Assembly: GCA_963924565.1 (NCBI GenBank)
Contig: OZ004615.1
Location: forward strand, 15,748,001-15,812,000
Length of the DNA stretch: 64,000 nucleotides
Source: Ascidiella aspersa
Lineage: Eukaryota
Reading direction: 5' to 3'
Shown here: one piece after another, positions 53,901 to 63,843 of the stretch
How positions within the stretch are numbered: the stretch's first letter is position 1
Layout of the letters: each line of letters starts with the position of its first letter
Notes under the pieces: model-generated
Databases searched by the model: none
The model's input: only the letters and a program-made list of their open reading frames with translations
Told to the model about the DNA's origin: nothing
Program-made: the position numbers and the translations under genes

Positions 53901-54832
53901 CCCTGCTCTTGGAGGAACTTGCCGAAAGTGATGAAATAGACGAAGACCCGCTTCAACTAGAAGCAAAACCCTATGATTCGTTGGAAGAACTCGAAACAAG
54001 GAGCTGGTTGGCGATATACGAATACGCAAGAAAGCGATTGGATGCGCATAGAAGCTCGTTGGCCGGCACTATCGGGGGCTTGTATGGCAAATTGTTGATG
54101 CATATCATACTACTTGAATCTTGTGCAAAGCTGTACGGTTTCGACGACGGAAGGTCGAATACCAACACTATCTTCGTCGGCAACTTCTCCAAACAACTGA
54201 ATATAACCTCTTGGTACGACCCTTCCCAGAAATTCGCCCTGAACGAAACCATTGCATCGATGCAGGTATCGGATTGCAGTATGTGTGATAATTGTATTAT
54301 GTCGTCAAAAGCAAATTGCATACGCTTGTTTAAAATGAAGTTTTGCCTCACTGAAATAATTTGTCAACCCAGCTGGTCACTGTTAGTTGGCATTTAATAG
54401 CGCCTAAATTTAGATTAACAGCAAAGTAAAGGAAACATTATAATTAGATGGTACTCCACAACACCAGTATTATAGTAAATGATCAAACTGCCATGACTGT
54501 CAAATCTGTTGTAGACTGTTTTATCATTTAAACGGTGCTAATTTGAACCATACCTCGCATAGAAGTTTGTTCTATAAAATTATAAGTAATATTACAATCG
54601 ACAAAATAGACTCATATCCTACTCCATCATCCTTCGTCATTCGTTATATGCTACTTTTTCAAGGAACAAATGAGACAGGAAGAGCTTGAGATAACACAAT
54701 CGCAATCCAGTTTCGTGATCAAGAATCCTATTCCTCCAGCTTACTCGAAAGATTCCAACCTGTCGATGCCCTTGTTCCCGATCTTCGATTTACGTACGGC
54801 AATTCAAGCGGTCGTTGAAATTGTCTATCAAG
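41998..54832 (+). CDS. Secreted TSP1 + VioB/RebD/StaD-like (ferritin-like C-domain) fusion protein; at least 17 exons, >1008 aa, 3' incomplete
   Basis: Exons 41998-42076, 42227-42379, 43054-43196, 43663-43786, 44087-44288, 44957-45090, 46172-46370, 46669-46905, 47342-47539, 48450-48608, 49188-49333, 49663-49801, 51133-51233, 52768-52988, 53428-53610, 53828-54265, 54664-54832. All GT-AG, phases compatible, 3025 nt with no stop. Motifs in order: signal peptide; WSKWTRCSVTCGEG; SYLSWPRLHFSGKFVADVSTLNN; WNAMGSGHF; EVWGL; SGTIG; DPG...IDGQVY; QYYNLYPVM; YMPATRDLS; LELATIPPY; EEMLHMSLAANMLNAIGG; TIGGLY; AVVEIVYQG. Confidence 0.88.
42227..42379 (+). other. Thrombospondin type-1 repeat exon (phase 1-1)
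   Basis: WSKWTRCSVTCGEGKQSRVR...ETRPCYKKFCP: WxxW, CSVTCG and RxR motifs; a 4-Cys short variant. Confidence 0.9.
45607..45988. mobile_element. hAT MITE, GAGTCC-rich family
   Basis: CAGGGCTGCGGAGTCGG...CTGACTCCGCAG; collinear with 16041-16421. Confidence 0.85.
49825..50720. mobile_element. hAT MITE carrying a nested Harbinger MITE
   Basis: TIRs CAGTGGTTCTTAACC/GGTTAAGAACCCCTG; TSD ctataaaa/ctacaaaa. Confidence 0.85.
49954..50269. mobile_element. PIF/Harbinger-type MITE
   Basis: Long perfect TIRs AGGCCCGTTTACACTACAGCTGCACTGAGC; 3-bp TAA TSD on both sides. Confidence 0.88.
52768..54832 (+). other. Ferritin-like (PF12902/VioB C-terminal type) domain exons
   Basis: ELKALIQKIVMLELATIPPYFTAWLSL...EEMLHMSLAANMLNAIGG...PSYP...LERFSIPLVRDVFSNVEMP...TIGGLY...IFVG...LFPIFDLRTAIQAVVEIVYQG follows the family consensus as I recall it. 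Confidence 0.88.
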
Positions 54833-55151
54833 GTATGCAGTTAAAACAAACAGTTGAGTGATTCACAGCGTCGCAATCTATATTCGCCTCAGCGGTTACG
54901 CGCGCTCAACCACAGCCAGGCACTAAAGAAATTATGAACCATATATTGTATTGTCGGCCGATTTAGGATGTTGTTTACAATGTATTAGGGAAAAAAGTCT
55001 TGGTGCAAGTAAATTTTTTAAACGTTATATACAGAGTAAAATACAAACAACTGAATAAACGTAAAGCGTAACCTCAGTATGCAACACATTTTGATGGACG
55101 TTTCAGGCCTTATAAAGCGACGAACATAAAGCACTCTACCGCTATTGTTTT

Positions 55152-55351
55152 NNNNNNNNNNNNNNNNNNNNNNNNNNNNNNNNNNNNNNNNNNNNNNNNN
55201 NNNNNNNNNNNNNNNNNNNNNNNNNNNNNNNNNNNNNNNNNNNNNNNNNNNNNNNNNNNNNNNNNNNNNNNNNNNNNNNNNNNNNNNNNNNNNNNNNNNN
55301 NNNNNNNNNNNNNNNNNNNNNNNNNNNNNNNNNNNNNNNNNNNNNNNNNNN
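55152..55351. other. Assembly gap (200 N)
   Basis: Run of 200 N; the true size is unknown. Confidence 1.
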
Positions 55352-57980
55352 CATCTCCACAGGACTCAAAATTGCATTTCTACGCAAATGTGTAAAAATG
55401 CAAGTTCTACTGCCATCCAACCATAAAAAGGGTATGGACTTTGATCTACTTTTATTACAACAGTCGAGGCGCATTCATGAGCAAATTGTCAAGATCCCTA
55501 CTGCTCGCATAGACCAAAAGACGTGGCAATTACTGTCAAACGAAACTAAACATCAGCTTTTACAACATAAATGCCAAGTTCGCCACAAGCTTGACAACAA
55601 GTTCCGTTGGCTATGGGAAAAGCAAAGACGCCAAAGGAACCTTATTGGCGCTGCAGTCAATGGAAGAAAAAATCGAAACAGACGAAGCAGACAAAGGTAT
55701 CGTGCACGCAAAGCTGGAATTAAGGCGAGGGAAGAGAGACAAAATGCTAATATGATGATTATTAACAAATCAGGTCAAATGCTTGATATTAACGCTAAAT
55801 TATTGTTAGCAAAAGGGTTAAACTTTGCACCCACTCCGAACTGGAGTAATGCAATAAGGGACAAAGAATGGATTAACTTCCAATCGCACATTCGACGTAT
55901 TGAATGGGCCAACGTATTCAAAGATAAGGAAGATTCTACCAATATTTTTATACCACCTTACAAATTGAAAATTCCCAAGTTTTCCAGACCCCACAGAGAC
56001 CAATTAGATTTGGAAACAGTTATTTACGTGGAACTGGCTGAAGCTAAACTGCGAAACGTAGCTGCGACCGTGCGTAAAGAATACAAAGGCAGAAACAACC
56101 TATCCTTCCCCCTCCGAAATAGCCTAGAGTACCTCAAGCGCCTTACCTCCAGTCGGACGCTAGCATTCTGTCGGGCTGACAAAGATGGCAAAACCATTGT
56201 GGTTGACTATGAAGATTATAACTTCATTGTGGAAAATGCACTTCATGATTTCCAAAGTTTAAACCTCAACCAAAGAACTTTTCAAGCCAGATGTACAGCG
56301 CTACGAAAGACGTGCGAAGATGCAGTGAAGATGTTGCATGCACAAGACGCCATTTCGGACGATCTACTTCTCTGTTCCGTTGGGGTTAAAATCACCTTTT
56401 CTTCAGCTTCAGAACGTGGTGACGAAGCATGGAGATAATTTTTACCAGCAGAAAGATGGTATAGTTACAGGCGATAACCACTCAGTATCGCTGGCTAACA
56501 TTACAATGCATTATATAATAAAACCATGGATTGAAACCTTAAAGGAAGCACAAGTCTTTAAAAGATTCATCGATGACATTGTCTGGATTGTTGCAGGCGG
56601 AGCAGCAAACAGACACATTCAAACATCTTTGGAAAAGGCACTTGCAGCACATGGACTCCGTCTCCTATTTCGTTCCTTCTGTACAACCGACGTACGTGGA
56701 CAGGTCGACTTTCTTGACGTACTCCATGTCCCATGTGCAGAATCACCCTTCGGCTTCAAACTAAAGGATTTCAAAAAAGAAACTGCAAAACATCGGCAGT
56801 TCTTACACGGAACTTCCCACCACCCCATTTCCGTTTTTAAATCAATCATAACTGGAGAGGCGACACGCCTTAGACGACTAAACGAGATGGAGGAAGACTA
56901 CTCACTGAGCCTTCAAAATCTCGGCAAGAAATGTCTGCGGTCGCAGTTTCCTCCAAGGATGGTTAAACTCACGTTAAAAACTGCAGCACAGTTTGAAGCT
57001 AAAGTGCGCCAAAGGCAGACAAAGAAAAACAGAAAGGACCTTGTAGTTTGGCCCACAGCCTTTCCAAAGCTGCTTAAAACTACCTTAGACGAAAGAAGGC
57101 TGCAGCCACAAGCGATGCTTGTCTACAAAAGACCTCCGACACTTGGAAGCGTACTTACCAACTACCGCGCAATTAGTCAACCGGCAAGTACCATCCCTTC
57201 CACTGGAAAGTCAATCCCGTGCGGCCACTGCTGTTTATGCGGTCATTATAAACAGGCAGAGAGCATGGTCTCGAAGGTTTTCACAGTTCCCACGCGCAAT
57301 GGGAACATAGCACTGAAACAAGCACTTTGCTGCACCGACCACAGTATTTACATGGCGTCCTGTCGGCAATGTGGCGAACGATACGTCGGGCAAACAAAAA
57401 ATTCATTTGCAACAAGGTGGAGAGGCCATAGAGCAGTATGGAAAACTTTCAAGTACAAAGAAAATAACGACAAAGCAGCACTTCTGCGCCACTATGCTGA
57501 CAAACACATGTCCATGCTGAGGCAGAGTGTTTCAGCATAACATTTTTAGAAAAACCACCTTTTAATAAGTTGGACATATGTGAAGCAAAGTGGCTAAAGG
57601 TAGTCAACGCAACCATTAACATCCAAAAAATGGTTCTACCGCGAATAAGATAAACCGCTATCTTATCGCTACCCATTCGAGCCGCATTTTACCGTCTAGC
57701 ATCTCGCACTGCTCATATGTATTTTTCCCCCCTTCCTCTACTTATTTGTGTCGCCTACTCATTTATCCCAGTCGTGTTGCCTGCGAGGCTGTAGTGCTTT
57801 TCATTGCGTTTTTAGTCTATTATAATGTTTTAATATTTTATTGTTTCTTTTATTGGTTTGTTGATGGCTGCGCTCTGATTTTATTTATTTGTACTCTTAC
57901 AGGAACTGATGATGCCACTTTGGCGAAATATATTTTCCTTTAAACAAAACGTCTGATCCTGTTTTTACTCATGTTTTTAA
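55352..57980 (+). mobile_element. Penelope-like retroelement (RT + GIY-YIG endonuclease), internally deleted and frameshifted, with 3' pLTR
   Basis: Frame open from the gap (FLRKCVKMQVLLP), LAKGLNFAPTP, RADKDGKTIVVD; then FYQQKDGIVTGDNHSVSLANI, KRFIDDI, DFLDV, SHHP...KSIITGEATRLRR, CGHCCLC, SIYMASCRQCGERYVGQT (GIY-YIG). Frame breaks near 56390 and 57530; final stop at 57653. The 3' boundary is approximate. Confidence 0.92.
57901..57939 (+). ncRNA. Minimal type I hammerhead ribozyme in the Penelope pLTR
   Basis: AGGAA-CTGATGA-t-GCCA(ctt)TGGC-GAAA-tata-TT-TTCCT: stem I AGGAA/TTCCT, stem II GCCA/TGGC, palindromic ATATAT stem III, AUU cleavage triplet. Confidence 0.85.
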
Positions 57981-58663
57981 CTATGAGTTTTACTTGCTTA
58001 TAAATTTGTTGTTGGTATCACACCCCCTTAACAGCAAAACGTGCCGTCATGTATTGTCGGTGAATCACGAATTCAAAACTCCATTAACTAAAAAAAAAAT
58101 TACATCTGAGTAGAAAGTATATGTGTTTCAGAGGCCAATCATTCATCATAACACAGCCGGATTATATTACCTTTAGGTATGCGTGGATATCAAATAACCG
58201 TAATGTGAATTGTTTTTTCTACGCGGGCAGCTTAAAACCTTTAAAGCAGGCAGTCGTTCAAGGCAAAACTGCATACTAAACCGGTCCTTAACCAGCGTCA
58301 CGATTCAGTGGTTATTCCAAAACTTTGTGCTTATTTTTTTACAGTTTCGTAGAAAATACTAAAGTGCTTCTTTCTTAGAACGTGACGTTTTTAGTTTCGT
58401 GCTTAGTTGTCCTTATTTGATTAAAAATATTTTTGCTAAACATACTTCGTGACACTTAGTATAAAATATGTGTACCTTTAAAATTTCGGATTTTTTGAAC
58501 CCAAGAAGTTAAATGAACTGTTATGGCTTAAGCTGTTCCGTAGTTGAGAGGACATCAGCAACGAACTGTAATAGTGTTTCGAGATATTCTGCTTCCCTGT
58601 TTGTTATTTATCGTGATATTTATAACACCATGGTCGCGGCTTAACACTATTTAGAGACTAGAA

Positions 58664-60172
58664 CAGTTGTTCTCAACCTTTTCTGCTTCGTGGCCCCCTT
58701 TGAAAGGCTATAGAACCTCGTGGCCCTCCTGCTTATAAAAATATCTAGCGTTGTGTTTAACTGTTTTTACTTATTTTACTTCTTTCTTCACCTTAATAAC
58801 AAATATGGGTTTTAATAAACGAATAAATGTACTTAGTTTCCAAAGATTTCTAAAAATTTAACAAAATCAGTAATTTTGCAAAAAAATAACAAATCAGTCA
58901 TTTAAATTTGAATTAATATAGTAGTCATTACAAAGCTTTATCTTACAAAGGTATTTTTCACATTCGGCTCTGTTTTGTACTGAGCCAAGCGAACGTTATT
59001 AGATTCGTCGAGATGATTTCTGAATTTTCGTGTTTTTTAAAACGCGTTAGTATTACTTGAGAAATACGCTGTGCATAACCTCGCTAAATATTGGTCTAAA
59101 ATTGACCTTGAGTAACCCTGCACCATACTTGCGTTTTACGAGTTTCTTTCGCAAGTTAATGCCCTTTTAGAAAATTGCGAACTTCTGCAACTGGGCATTA
59201 GGCTACACCAGTGATCGGCAATTTTTTTGTCGTGGCCTAAAGTACGCTTTACAGAGTCCTTCTACGTAAAACCACTACGAAAACAGTGGATACGTGACGC
59301 ATATGGCACATGAAAGGATTCGAAAAAATTACTTATAGTATAAATTAACGAAATTGTACAGTTATAAGTCACACGACTTACACGGAGCCTTGATATCGAA
59401 AACATCGGCAAGCCATGATGATAATATAAAACCCAAAAACAGGTTACGCGCGAAGCGCGCCAAAAATTTTGCGTTCACTTATAAGTTGGCAAAACATATA
59501 GCTTGACGGGCACTCTCAGGGCCACACTTGGCAAGCGGGCCTAAACCACGTTGAGACAATATCAAAATCCTTACCCACACGAACTTTTAAAATACAGTAC
59601 AATGAATGTAGGGCTATCACGCGGCCCACAACTACATGATAACGCTAAGCTATTCAAAAGTAACTCGCGACCCATCATATATATGACTCTGCGGCCCACA
59701 GTTTGCCGACCACTCGGCTACACGTTAGTTGCTCGCCCAACAGCATTCGACGCACACTTTATGATTAGGCGAAGGTTATCACAAAGTAATAGGTCGCCAG
59801 AAAAAAAGCTGGCTCCGCACTACTTGGCTACATATAAAGCAGCAAAGTAATTGTTTAGCCATAGCGATCGGCCTTTATCCAAACGAACGTTCGATTAAGT
59901 GTAACTTTTCGTGATAGAACGAATCCAATTTTATACTTTAAACGTGCCTACGGACGCGTCAAAGAACGTTTTTCGTTTTAAATTTGTTACGAACGTTACA
60001 AGAAAGTTTTCCAGTCATAATAAAAATGACATATTTAAGTTAACTTGCAAATTTCGAACATAGTGATGCTTTGGTTTTGCAATACCTATAGGTACAGAGT
60101 TATGCCCGTGGCCCCCCAACGACCTCTCCGTGGCCCCCCAAGGGGGCCGAGGGCCACGGTTGAGAACCCCTT
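58664..60172. mobile_element. Non-autonomous hAT element (~1.5 kb including a nested MITE)
   Basis: Termini cagttgttctcaacc...ggttgagaacccctt; TSD gactagaa/gtctagaa; gtggcccc subterminal repeats. Confidence 0.8.
59209..59715. mobile_element. Nested hAT MITE
   Basis: Termini cagtgatcggcaa...ttgccgaccactc; perfect 8-bp TSD GGCTACAC. Confidence 0.85.
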
Positions 60173-61471
60173 GTCTAGAACATACCAATTAGAAAACCTT
60201 TCAATTATACAATACATACGCTTTACGAAGTATTAGTTTATGTTAAATATTACGATGAAGCAATTTGCGCTGAACAACCGGTTTTATTTTATTTGCTTCT
60301 CCAAACTCCATTGCCAGGATACACTAAAACATGATAGTTTTTGGGAAGTGTTGCCGGAAACGCGGCATTTGTAGTTTTATGGATAACAGTCTTGTTGAAA
60401 CTCAAACAGTCTTCATAAATATAGGTGCAAAGAAGTTTATGCTTTAAACTACATAGGGTTTATGCAGGTTCCGCTTGCACATATGTGCACGTGCGCGATA
60501 TGGATCCGTGTAACACTACATATTAAGCAGTTTGTTCCTGCAAATTTTATGTTTAACGCAAATTGACCCGGAATGACTTAGTACAATGTTGATGGTAATT
60601 TTAATAATGTGGCTATTGAATTTACGCAGGGACCGGAAAAGAAATGAAAGCAACTACTCTGACTATAGGCCTGTAAAATAAATCTATGACAAAGCAACCT
60701 TTGGGCAAAAACACCATTCAAACTAAACAATAAACGCCTGTTCGCATTAATGCAAATCACTTATATGGTGGTCGGGGAAATTTTGGTAATGATTATGAAA
60801 AACTTTTCAGCCTATTCATTATTTCAGAATATATTGCTTTATATTTTATTATTGAATATTACCCTTGTATGGCTTCCTCATTTATTTCTACTCTCACCAG
60901 CCTGTCAAAACAATAATGTTTAACGATTCTTTTAGAAAGCATCACAAGTTGTATTGTTTGTGTTCGAGATTCTCTTTTTTTGTACCAATCCATTTTTTGT
61001 TTCTCAGGAAGTCCGCTGTCGAAAAATAATTGCCTTCTACGTCTCTGAAATTATTATTGTTTGTTGGATTAAAAAGAATGCGCATAATTACATGCGCTAT
61101 AGGCACAAAGTTTTTCGTATTATATCCCCATATTTATCAACACTGAAACAGATTGATTTAATCGTTTGGATTAAAGCATGCCGTGAAACAATTTTCGTGT
61201 CTATTAGTCATGTAGAAAAGTGAGAGAACATACAATAGATATTGATTTTTTGCAATGAACATTTTGTTTTTAGTTTACTTTAAGCATGTGATGTAATAAT
61301 GTACAGTCTTCGCCAAACACGCTTTAATTACAAATTGACATTTTGTTCTTGTTATATACTGTTTACAACGACGATTAGATATCAATGTCGTTTATGGTAA
61401 TTGTTGTTGACTATTTAGCTTTATGTGTCCATACAATTTAGAGCCTTATTTGAAGTATCTCACTAGAAAAA

Positions 61472-61874
61472 ATGAAACTTGGATTACCTTTCATTGCGTT
61501 ACTTGGAATTCTTATGCTGATGCCGTTTCTTGTGGTAGTCTTTACAAAATTCTCTCCGTATAACAACTTACGTCAGATCAAATCACAAAAACATCAAACT
61601 ATTATGGCACGAAATAACATCAACAGAAACAACCAAAATAAAACTTCCCTTGGAAGTATTTCTGAAGTAAAGACTACGGAATTTTATCCAAATAAGGAAG
61701 AAAATAAACAACCGAGAGCAAACTCAGGCATTCAGTTAAATAAAACCGATGCTGTAAAAGATGACGTTGGTGGGAAAGAGCGTTCGGTTAAGGACGACAA
61801 GGACTTCATGAAAATTATGAAAGAAAGAATGACGAATAGGAGAAAAATGGTGAAAGCTGCTTGTCAACGCTTGG
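61472..61874 (+). CDS. First coding exon of a type II membrane (Golgi-type) protein, possibly carbohydrate sulfotransferase-like; further exons not identified in the window
   Basis: aaaATG start, N-terminal TM anchor, polar stem, then ERMTNRRKMVKAACQRL (R..R...+..C, as precedes the CHST8-14-type catalytic domain); G|GTGAG donor at 61875. Confidence 0.55.
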
Positions 61875-62005
61875 GTGAGCAAAACTAAGTAGATTATGGT
61901 TTACACAATGTAAACACTATTCTTTATTGTGCAATTTTAGATTTTCAAATTGGTAGTGTTCATAATAAATTAACTATTATTGCAATGTGAATTGTTTAAA
62001 CGTTT

Positions 62006-62845
62006 TCATTATAATTATTTGTCCGTTAACATTAAAATTACCGCTTAGTTGACATACCTAGAATTACCGGGAGCGGCCAAAATGACAGTTTGTCCTATAA
62101 AGAAAGGGTTCACAATTATTTAGCTTTATTTTATTCGATGTTTCATTAACTATTAAGTCTTTTCTTTTGCTTTTAAAAGAAAAAAATGCTTGTTCAAACC
62201 TTAGAACTTTTTTGGTATTGATGTGATAGGCCAGGGGTTCTTAACTTTTTTTGTATGTTTTACCCTTTTAGCCAAGACGATTATTAGATTTACCCCGAAT
62301 ACCGTATATTAAATGGTGCTCATGCATGACGTAACAATGAAGTAACTAAGATATAAAAAGTATCAATTAGCGAAGCATAACGTTACCGACCCTAAACGAT
62401 AATATAATCAAAATAGTCTACTATAGGCTATCTTCAAACTAGCAGTTATGCTGAACTCGGAAAGTAGGCTAACAATACCTACAGCTGGCACAATTTTTCT
62501 GTCCCGCCAACTTATGTGGATATTTTGATTGATAGCTCATTTACACCCTAAAACGAGGAAATTTACCCCCTAAGGAAAATTTACCCCAGGTTAAGAAAGG
62601 CTGCGATAGGTGGTCCGCCATGTGTAAAGCAGGGTCAAACTAGGCTGATATTGAGCGGCCTTAGGCAAGACCCGTTCATGTAATGATTAATTATATTTGT
62701 CCGTTAACATTAAAATTACCGCTTGGTTGACATACCTAGAATTACCGGGAGCGGCCAAAATGACAGTTTGTCCTATAAACAAAAAGTTCACAATTATTTA
62801 GCTTTGTTTTATTCAATGTTTCATTAACTATTAAGTCTTTCCTTT
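62006..62845 (+). repeat. Local direct duplication (~160 bp; ~62006-62170 and ~62685-62845)
   Basis: Near-identical tttgtccgttaacattaaaattaccgctt...tcattaactattaagtcttt blocks. Confidence 0.85.
62232..62603. mobile_element. hAT MITE
   Basis: Termini caggggttcttaac...gttaagaaaggctg; degenerate TSD tgataggc/cgataggt. Confidence 0.75.
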
Positions 62846-63437
62846 TTTTACTATTTAAAGACTTGAATCTTAGTAGCTGTGAGATTAAAAGTTTATAAGT
62901 TGTAGGTTCCATTATAACACCATGTTCTGGAATATACTTCGTTCCTCCTAACTACGAATTGCATTGTTGGCCCCCAACCTATTTAAGCCGCGTAGAGGAA
63001 AAAAGCCGCGTAGACGAAATTTTGTTTATTTTTTTTAACATTGAAGTTGATTGTAATACAGTTAATTTTCACAACGGCGAAAACAACCAAAGGGCCCTTT
63101 TTTGTATTGTGCTTACTTAATGGACCACGGGTAGATATTTAAAAGTATACAAGAACAAGAAAATTAGCAGCGCTCAGTCGCTCAGCGCGATTTGGCATAT
63201 TCAGCGCAATCCGCATGAATTTAACACAACTTGTACACTTCCCTAACTTAATACATTGCATCCAAAATACATTTTTGAGTTTGATTTTGTTGATAGTGCA
63301 CAGTTGTTTAAAATTACTTGCGCTTTCTGCTTCCGTCAACCATCGAATTTTGATAAATTGTTGACTCAAATTATAAACTGGAACTGTTACCACCTACTGC
63401 AGCATTTGTTCCATAGCTGTTTCAAAATATCATAGCA

Positions 63438-63843
63438 CAGGGGTGTCCAACAAGCGGCACGCGAACAAATAAAAAATAATTTGCTATTGCAGCCAATTGT
63501 AAAAAAATACTTAATTTTTAAAACAGTGAATTGCCATTTGTTATTCACAATATAAAACAATCGCTGCAATCATGACCACTAACAATTACTTCTAATACTA
63601 TAACATTATATTGTAGTCAAGGCTAGCATTCACATAACTATAAAGTTTGGTGTGAAGAAACTAAAAGTCAGCTCACCGACGGACATTTAGATGCAGTAAT
63701 GCGCACTGCTATAACTACACGTTTTTGTATTTGTAAAAAAAACGCTTTTATTATTAGAAAGAATTATATTACTAAACTTTTGCACGTGATGAAGTTATAG
63801 GATAAAAATTGGCACGCCGGCTTGTTTGAGTTGGACACCCCTG
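63438..63843. mobile_element. hAT MITE inserted into an older repeat
   Basis: Perfect TIRs CAGGGGTGTCCAAC/GTTGGACACCCCTG; TSD tcatagca/ccatagca. Confidence 0.9.

Noticed and set aside
41998-54832. Bacterial contamination as the source of the VioB-like sequence
   Set aside because: The gene has 16 spliceosomal introns containing the same MITE families found in neighbouring animal genes, and it is contiguous with them.
55142-55474. ORFs containing X runs
   Set aside because: Artefacts of translating the N gap.
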